NCBI RefSeq assembly: GCF_002113885.1
Contig: NW_018407979.1
Coordinates: 360,373-424,372 of the forward strand
DNA length: 64,000 nucleotides
Origin: Mizuhopecten yessoensis
Taxonomy: Eukaryota
Direction of reading: 5' to 3'
A program made the translations under genes and the position numbers. The number at the start of each line of letters is the position of its first letter. The first letter of the stretch is position 1. A model generated the notes under the pieces. That model did not search any database. It was not told where the DNA came from and was given only the letters and a program-made list of their open reading frames with translations. Shown in pieces: positions 55,819 through 64,000 of the stretch.

Positions 55819-58800
55819 ATGGGCGAAACCGTGCTATGCAGAGAAGGCTATGGTTCGTCTCGTGTGAAGAAGAACTATGTTTCAACAGACGATGGTCGAT
55901 TAGTGGTGGTTGATCATTCGCCGACAGGCACGAGTGTCTCTCACTTTTTCAGGGTAATGTCTAAAAATAGATGTCCACGTGTCTTGTGTATACATGCAAC
56001 TTGGGACCATTTGATTCCTAACTAATGAAATAGGGACGAACCTAGTGGCCCAAAGATGTTGTAACCCAAACATTGGTAGACTCCAACAATGGCAGTCTAA
56101 ATAATTATGTTTATGATTTAGCACAATTCACCCAAAGACAACGTGTAACTTTACATTACATGAATGTGATGAATGTCTGACAAGTGTCTCTATTGACTAG
56201 TATAATTTAACCATTTGTCATGTCAGGGACAGTATATATACGTCCCTGGTCATGTATGCTACTTTTATTTGATGGTTGATTTTGCTGAAATTATTCTTTG
56301 ATTGCATATATTTTCATCAATAAAATTGAACTGGATAAAAGTCTTACTCATTATAAAATCATGTTCAAGTATTTGCTATTGGTCTCATTTACAAAACCTT
56401 TACTCACCATTGCATCAAAAACAGACTCCAAACTAAGTTGCATACTGAAGGATACCATCTTTGTATGTGGCATGTCACTCTTGCAAGATCCAATATCTGA
56501 TAATGATCCATGGAAGGGGTTTATCTAGTAAAACTCTGAAAAAAAACCACATTAATGTTTGTCTAGAGTTCTTAGGGTCCTGGGTTCGATTCCCAGTCTG
56601 GCCATTGCGTTTCTCTTTCTTCCCTTACACAATTAATGCTAAATCATTAACATCAATTGTCGTTTGAGGATGCTTTTAAGTGTGAATGACATGGGCCGAA
56701 GGTTTTCTTAGCATTCTTTATTAAAAAGCAAGAACTTTTCATTTAATTTAATAAATTAATAGCAGTTAATTGTTGGTGCACCCATGTATGTTGCAAAATG
56801 TTTAACTTTTGTATACAACAATGGCCTCCAGGGCTGCCAAAGTGAGAACGTAAATTCCTTAATGGTTGTTGAGTTTCCTCATCATGCTAGTACAGGCTTT
56901 TGTGATTAATTGAAAAAAGCTTCACAACAATATTTCAATTTCAAGTGAATTGTGTTGTTTTACATTGAAAAATAATGACAATGTACATGCATAGGAATCG
57001 TATCAAATTCACCCTTATGAGCAACTTTGTTTCCATACTTTTGTAAAAATCTTTACATAATTATATTTATTGTTGAACCAAAATGTGAAAAAAATACCCA
57101 TACATCTCATTAGGTTTATTTATTATATTATACATAAATCTTATATTTTCATAGTCTTTGACCTTTTTTAAGGACATAAGTAAATTATGTAGCCCTCTAT
57201 ATATAGTTAAGTTGGGAAAATTATCAACTCATTGAAAAATTTGAAAATAAAATATAAATAACTCTTTTAAGTGGTGGATACATAAATGTATATTTTTTTT
57301 TTGATAAATTACTTGTACAATTCATATGTACTTGTATTTTAACCATACCTCAAAATACAGCAAGGAACACACATGCCTAAAAACTATTGATAAATTGGGA
57401 AATGGGTCATTTGTTGATAAAAAGAAAAGACATGGACACCTGTCATTAGTTAACCCTTTCACCCCTATGTAACTTTAGTAGACTCTACCATGCATTGATC
57501 TGGATGAGTCCATTATGTTCTACAGTGGTGAAAGGGTTAAGTGTAAATTTTTGTTGTTTATTTTATGAATAAACTGATTAACACGATGTTTATTTTAATA
57601 TTTTACAGTCTGTATTTCTACCTCAAGGTTACCCAGAGAGTGTGAGCCAGGATTACCTAGAGTACCAAATATGGGACACAATACAGGTACACCACTCACA
57701 AATCTACAGGTGTAGGTCGTTTATAGATCTGCAATACAGTCATTTTAATAAAGCCATAATTTCAGTAATTTTTATAGAAGAGTTGAATTTGATTATTCTA
57801 CAGGCAAACAGTAGTAGATCGATAGTTGGATAGGACAGAGTTGGTTGAGGAGACGGTGCGTAAATTTCTCTGGTTCATTGTAATTCTAGAAATAAAAAAA
57901 TAGTGAAAAGAAAGAACAAAAAGGAGTGTTTTTTTCTTACAAAAAGAAAGGGTACTATATACACCTGCGATTTCTCAAGGAATGTTAGGGAATTCCCTCT
58001 GGTCTTTGATCAGCCTCACTAAGCTTTAGAAATACTTCTTCAATCATACAAAAATGCTCACCACCCATTTTGAAATTGTTTCTTGATCTCTGCTAAAAAT
58101 AGAAATGTGTTTCAAATGTTTTCAACATATCTATTTGTATTGTCAATTCAGTAATAGACTAATTTGGAATAAAATAAAAGGATTAATTCTCAGTTAATAT
58201 TTTTAAGTTAAGGCTGGGATGAAATGGAGTGACGAACCCTAACCAATATTCAAATTTCTCCTTTTACTATATATGTAACCCACCCTCCCCATCCTACTAC
58301 TGTATACAAGTTTCTGTCAATAAATTGTAAAAATAACTTGCAACGTACTCAAAAAAACTGATTTATTTAACCCTGCAAGCTTAACTGACCTGGTGTCTTA
58401 TCTTTAAAAAAATTACCTGTAAGTCCCTTTTTGATGTAAAGTTTCGTTTTGCTGTAATTTTACATTATAATGAATTTGTTTCTTTCATATCATTATTGGT
58501 GTTTGCAGGCATTTGCCAGCAGTATAACAGGAGCACTGGCAGCTTCCGCAATGCTAAAAGGTGTGGGTGTTGGCGACGTTAACGCGACCGTCCTGGCTGC
58601 GACAATGACTTGGATACTAAAAGGTATCACCTTTAGGAGCTTTCTTTTCTTGGCATATGCCGTCTTTTCATATTGCAGAGTTATCTGCTCTTGTGAGCAG
58701 GTATTGATTGTTACGTCATTTGTTTGTGAGAGTAACGTCATCAGTTTTTGAGAAAAACGACGTAATTTTCTCACACAAACCAATGACGTAACAGCCAATA

Positions 58801-61800
58801 CCTGCTCACTAGAGAAAATAACTCTTACAATACGCAATGACGGAATAGGAGACTCTTTGTGTGGAAACATTTTACTTGTCACAATTTGACTTACATAGGG
58901 TTATCATATGATGTCAGGATATTATTGCAGTTGTGTTTTGTGCAAGTTGTTTGTTATTAGGCCAAAAACCCCATTATATGTGTTTCAGGTAACATGACTG
59001 AAAAAATAGGGTAGGTTGGTCGGGATTTATTTTAATTTTCTTTTCTATACAATTTTTTCTATGTTGAGGGAGGGGTAGGGGGTTAATTTAAGAAATTACA
59101 AAAATCACCAAACATATTTTTAGGTCTTTTAGATAATAAAATGAGGTTTGGTTTTGATACCTGCCTATATGAAGTAGAACGGGAAGATACAATATAGTTG
59201 CCTTGTTTGTTCGATCCTCAATTTGTTTGCATCCTGCAGTGGACAAGTCATCTAAATTGTTAGGGTCGGAGGGAAAAACTTTTCGTCGGTAGGGGTACCT
59301 GAAACATGTTTTTTTTTGGCCTTGTAAAAGATGAAATTTAATTCAAATGAAATTAATCCCATTGCCTTATGGCCATTTAAAGGGTAACAACATTTTCCCC
59401 AACAATTCGATCAACATAGAATGAAGGCTTAGGCAGAACATATGATATCATTTACTAAAATAAATTTCTATGACAGAGGCATTGTAACATTAAAGGATGA
59501 AGGTAGCTGAAGAAAGAAAAAACAAGATGAATAAAGGAGATTTGTACTAAAATATATTCCAAAGCTCCCATGAAATCTTCTGAACAAAAGTTGAAGACAA
59601 CAGTGTTTTTATTTTTATGGCAACAAAATCAGGTTTAACTAGTTGCAAAGATTTTAATTTTATTTCCTTCATGGTACTGTACATAACAATTTTTTATTTT
59701 TTATTTATTTAGATGGTACAGGGATGCTAGGGAGGATTGTATTTGCCTGGCTGCGTGGATCAAGCTTAGATTGCAACTCCAAGAGATGGAGGTAAATATT
59801 ATAAGACTCTTTCATGCCCAGGGGTGTAGGATAGGGAAATTCCACCGGAGGGTTTTTCAAATTTGGTAAAAGTTGAGGCTTTGTCGAGGGTTTTGCCAAA
59901 TTTGAAAATCCAGAGGGTGGAATTTTCCTATCCTACACCCTTGGGCATGAAAGAGTATTTTTCTGTAATTCCAACCACCAGAATAAGCTCAGAAACCATG
60001 AAAATACATTTAGACTGGCCACCATTTTGAAAATATCAATTTTTCCCATGAGCTTTTGAGACGAAAACAAATGTGTCAGCCAGATTAAGCATACCCCATA
60101 TTTGCAAACAGAGTTGTTAAGCCATTGTGACGTCCCGTCACGTGAAATGGGATGTTAGATAGAAATTTCCTACACCCCTTTCTTACCCTGGACAGCTCTA
60201 TCTTACGCACGGGGAAATGAGAGAAAACCACTTCCTTATCAACTGTAAATAATATTGCTATCTCGGTATCTGTTTAGAACATTAATGAAAATGTACTTAT
60301 TTTTGCACCTTTTTCACAATCTCCAATGCACTAACTTCTATAGAGGGCTACCATGTAACTGCAAAGTACATGTTTTCTCCCAAGAAAAGAGTTGATTTGC
60401 TAATCTGTGACTGAGTTAATTGATAGTATGTATCCTTGAGTGTCAAGATATGAGGTTTTTACTAGTTGTCAGCTAGGGTAGCCCATGGTACAGAAACCTG
60501 CAATCTGTTGAGTCACAAAAGCTACAATGAAAAGAAATATGTAGGTTTTAATCCCATTAATGTATTAAATCTGGGGATTAAAAAAAAAACTTTTTAAATT
60601 TTGTAACTCATACAAGGGGTAAGTGCCTTGCAATTAATGATAAAGAATATGTTTGACTGGATCTCTGAAATCTTTTATCATTGTAGTATTTCGTATATGA
60701 ATGTCATAAATTAGCTCATTCACCCCTGTAATTTCATTTTGAACTATTCCAACCTTTGAATAGGAAGGGTTCAGATGTGTCTTCAGGGGTGAATGAGTTA
60801 CAGACAATCCAGCTGATGAACCTTATTTCAAACTAAAACACCTAATGTCAAAATAAATTGAGATCACTCTGAGAATTTTAGGTTTCTGTTTCAGATTATT
60901 TGCAGACATCTTGAATGACTTGGCCATCTGTATAGAGATTTTGGCACCAAACTTCCCGGGGATATTTACTCCTTTGGTGTGTACTGCTGGTGTGTGCAAG
61001 GTAAGTCAGACATTGATCCAGGATTTCCCAGATTGGGTGACACATATGTAATAGGACGAGGAATAGTGATAAAGATAGTGCCAGGTTCTTTGACTCCCCG
61101 CCAAGGGTTCTCCTACCTTGAACGGGGAGGGTCAACGGCACCAATTTGTGATAGGACGAGGAATAGTGATAAAGATAGTGCCAGGTTCTTTGACTCCCCG
61201 CCAAGGGTTCTCCTACCTTGAACGGGGAGGGTCAACGGCACCAATTTGTAATAGGACGAGGAATAGTGATAAAGATAGTGCCAGGTTCTTTGACTCCCCG
61301 CCAAGGGTTCTCCTACCTTGAACGGTGAGGGTCAACGGCACCAATTTGTAATAGGACGAGGAATAGTGATAAAGATAGCGCCTTTGCTGGGGCTCGAACC
61401 CACGACCCTTGGCTCTCCAGCCCGATGCTCTACTGCTAAGCTAAAGGAAAATTTCCTACAGCTGACGCTTGTAAGGCAACCTAATCAATGCACATCTTTT
61501 ACACATATATATATATCAGTGGTAATAAAAAACCTCAAACAATCTGGTATGGCCATTTATGTAGAACAAAATGATGTTTAACGATTAGCGAAAGAAACTT
61601 GAGGATGCTCTGATGTTTTTGTACCTGATAGGTAAATGTTAGTCTTGTCCAAATGTTGTACTTATCTGCTACTGTGGTTAGTCGATTGTAGGTGTGGCAG
61701 GTGGCGCCACCAGAGCTGCCCTGACCCAACACCAGGCCAGACGAAACAACATGGCTGATGTATCAGCTAAAGATGGAAGTCAGGTGAGATATGAAGAAAC

Positions 61801-64000
61801 TGTTACGTTATATTGTAGGACAAACGTAAGTTTATGTCATACCATAGCAACAGTTGTCCATTGATCCAGGATTTCCCAGATTGAGTGACACATATATATA
61901 TCAGTGGTAATAAAAAACCTCAAACAATCTGGTATGGCCATTTATGTAGAAAAAATTATGGTTATCGATTAGCGAAAGAAACTTGAGGATGCTCTGATGT
62001 TTTTGTAACTGATAGGTAAATGTTAGTCTCGTCCAAATCCCCTCAACCAATTTCCCTCTTCCTCTTCGAACAGGGAACTGGTTAATTTGGCCATATTCCT
62101 TTAAATGACTTCACAATTATTTGGTTGAAAACATACTCGGGGTAGTTTGGATTAAAGTTAACAAACGGAGGAACTGCAATTATTTGGTTGAAAACATTCT
62201 CAGGTAGATTGGATTAAAGTTAAGAAACGGAGGAACTGCAATTATTTGGTTGAAAACATTCTCAGGTAGATTGGATTAAAGTTAACAAACAGAGGAACTC
62301 GCACAACCCTTACCCCACTTCCCTACTTGTTGCAGTTTTACGTTGTTAGTAGTTAACATGTAGCAGACAACTACAGGCAATCCACTGGAGCATGCAATCT
62401 GAAGATTTTATGTCATAAAAACACCATTCTGGGATGTGGTGGCAATAAGCAATAGGATCAGGAAATCAGATGCAGTATAAAGAAAGGGTGTTGGTCACCT
62501 GGGTGCTGAGAGGCTTACAAAATATTTTCCACGATTGCTTAAATATTCAGGTTAGTGATACAGTGCTTTGAGTCTCTTGTTTGTTTTCCATTAACTTACA
62601 CTTATGATAATAATGTATCAAATATGCTCATCGTGTTTGATATAATGTGTGAAATAGATTTTGAGTATGATGTAGAGTAATATGTCAGTTTGTATAACAT
62701 TTAACTGTCAAGCTTGAACTAAAACTAGGGTTTTAAAGTTTGCTTTGCCATACACAACAGGAAACATTGGTCAACCTGGCAGCATTGGTGTGTAACCTAG
62801 CACTCATTCCTCTAGTCACCGGCAAACAAATGTAAGTAGGATTGAAAATTTAAAAAAAATGTATTCAGTGAACACTTTTCCTTGTTATTGAAAATGACAT
62901 AAAAATGAAAACAACATAACAACCAATATATATACTTGATCGGATGATGATATTTGGTATGGTTGTACCAGAGGCATCGAACATTGTAGCACGGAATCAA
63001 AACAGCAAAAATGAAAAACAATAAAACCGTCACAGAGGTCATTATTTTTTATTTTTTCAGTGCTTCCGCTAGGGGTCGAACCCAGGACCTCTGGTTTACT
63101 AGTCTTATGCTCTACTAAATGAGCTAAAGAGAAATTCTCTCGAGCCGAGTCGGTAGGTAGCGGCTAGTATTTTTTACAAGGGTGACAACGATTTTTTAAA
63201 TTTGTCCCCTGTTTTTTCGGACTCCACTATTTATTAAAAAAGCCAGCTGTGGTGCTCTACGACTGTTCTTGTTTTGTTTTCTGTCCTCAGGCTCATCTGG
63301 TTCTTGTATATGGTGTTCACCTGTTTACATCTCTATGCAAATTACTCTGCTGTCAAATGTGTTGTCATGGAAACAATGAACCAATCAAGATTGAATCTCA
63401 TTGTGAAAGATCTCCTAGACTCCTCCCACATTCCAACTGTCAAGCGTACGAACCACTCGGAGCCAGTGGTATTTAGTAAGTGACATTCAAATATCTGCCA
63501 TTTTATTTTAACTATCCAAAGATGTATTTTTTACTGATATTCATAACAATGGTATGTACTCCAAAAAAAAGAAATAAGTAAGTGTGCATTTCCTTATTTT
63601 TTTGTGGTGAAATTCAATGTGTTATTTTCAACCAAAATTTATTCTGCCTGCTTGTGCAAATTATATACAGAAAATGAAATTTGTGGAACTTCAAATGATG
63701 TTCTCTGAATGAAAATAATCTTTTTTTACCATATATTACAGTTAATGATTATAGTCTGTGTACATGTGTATTGTAATACTGTTACGTATCATAAGGATCA
63801 TACCGCGATATGTATTGTATCACGAGGTATGTGTGTCATTTCTGTCCCAATATCTTCTCATTATGGGTAATTATAATAAGGAAAAAATAATTGATTACAT
63901 GTTTATGTGCAACAGAGATGATATCAATTTTGAAATATATATATACAATTTTCAGAAACAAGAAGAAAATTGGAAATTTTCCTGGGATGTTCTGTAGGAA
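55819..64000 (+). CDS. RUSF1: RUS family member 1 (C16orf58, DUF647, root UV-B sensitive homolog); continues beyond the right edge
   Basis: Exons 55819-55953, 57609-57686 (SVFLPQGYPESVSQDYLEYQIWDTIQ), 58509-58623 (AFASSITGALAASAMLKGVGVG...TWILK), 59713-59791 (DGTGMLGRIVFAWLRGSSLDCNSKRWR), 60895-61000 (LFADILNDLA...), 61682-61783 (SIVGVAGGATRAALTQHQARRNNMADVSAKDGSQ), 62761-62831 (ETLVNL...), 63291-63475 (HLYANYSAV...TMNQSRL), 63956 to the edge. Phases are consistent. Confidence 0.95.
58958..59322. mobile_element. MITE with AGGCCAAAAA...TGTTTCAGGTA / TACCTGAAACA...TTTTTGGCCT termini
   Basis: Terminal inverted repeats are visible; subterminal GGTAGG/GGTCGG motifs. Confidence 0.65.
61047..61503 (-). 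mobile_element. tRNA-LTR miniature retroelement with three tandem 100-bp PBS-containing units; CATA TSD
   Basis: TGTAA...TTACA termini; CATA at 61043-61046 and 61504-61507. LTR 61503-61347 has A-box TAGCTTAGCAGTAGAGC and B-box GGTTCGAGCCC. PBS-like TGGTGCCGTTGACC begins 3 nt after the LTR end. The period is an exact 100 bp (61047, 61147, 61247, 61347). Confidence 0.8.
61859..62038. repeat. Direct duplicate of RUSF1 intron-5 sequence (61011-61046 + 61508-61654), lacking the retroelement
   Basis: cattgatccaggatttcccagattg.gtgacaCATAtatatatcagtggtaataaaaaacctc...tagtct.gtccaaat is present in both introns. Confidence 0.9.
62114..62299. repeat. 62/63-bp tandem repeat, 3 copies
   Basis: caattatttggttgaaaacattctcaggtagattggattaaagttaacaaacggaggaactg x3. 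Confidence 0.88.
63030..63178 (-). mobile_element. Solo tRNA-bearing LTR-like element
   Basis: Minus strand TGTAAAAAATAC...GAGAATTTCTCTT-TAGCTCATTTAGTAGAGCAT...GGGTTCGACCCC; same architecture as the LTR at 61503-61347. Confidence 0.6.

Noticed and set aside
61047-61380. ORFs of 63-102 aa across the 100-bp repeat
   Set aside because: They are frame-rotated translations of a non-coding tandem repeat.

Overview
AT-rich, intron-rich animal genomic DNA; the repeat content suggests a mollusc, probably a bivalve, but that is inference. It is not prokaryotic: no CRISPR, rRNA or intact tRNA was found. Five protein-coding genes were reconstructed by hand from GT-AG exon chains. They are the 5' part of GCN1 (minus strand, 8 exons, runs off the left edge), a complete p70 S6 kinase (plus strand, 16 exons, 490 aa), a complete RNF185/RNF5-type RING E3 ligase (minus strand, 5 exons, 184 aa), CCDC152 (minus strand, intronless CDS, 263 aa) and the 5' part of RUSF1/C16orf58 (plus strand, 9+ exons, runs off the right edge). 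GCN1/S6K and CCDC152/RUSF1 are head-to-head pairs. Introns and spacers hold many mobile-element relics: about 17 copies of roughly 91-bp TTAA-flanked MITEs, tRNA-SINEs, a decayed HERO-like non-LTR element, Helentron/HINE-like pieces and several minisatellites. Three observations stand out. (1) A Penelope-like insertion has inverted termini carrying a minimal U3-A8 hammerhead-ribozyme core and a 10-bp TSD. (2) A family of miniature LTR elements has a tRNA-like Pol III promoter inside its LTRs; one copy has tandemly amplified primer-binding-site units and its empty site preserved in the next intron. (3) Functional 5' splice sites have been tandemly duplicated in two genes. Gene identities rest on recalled similarity to human proteins, not on database searches.
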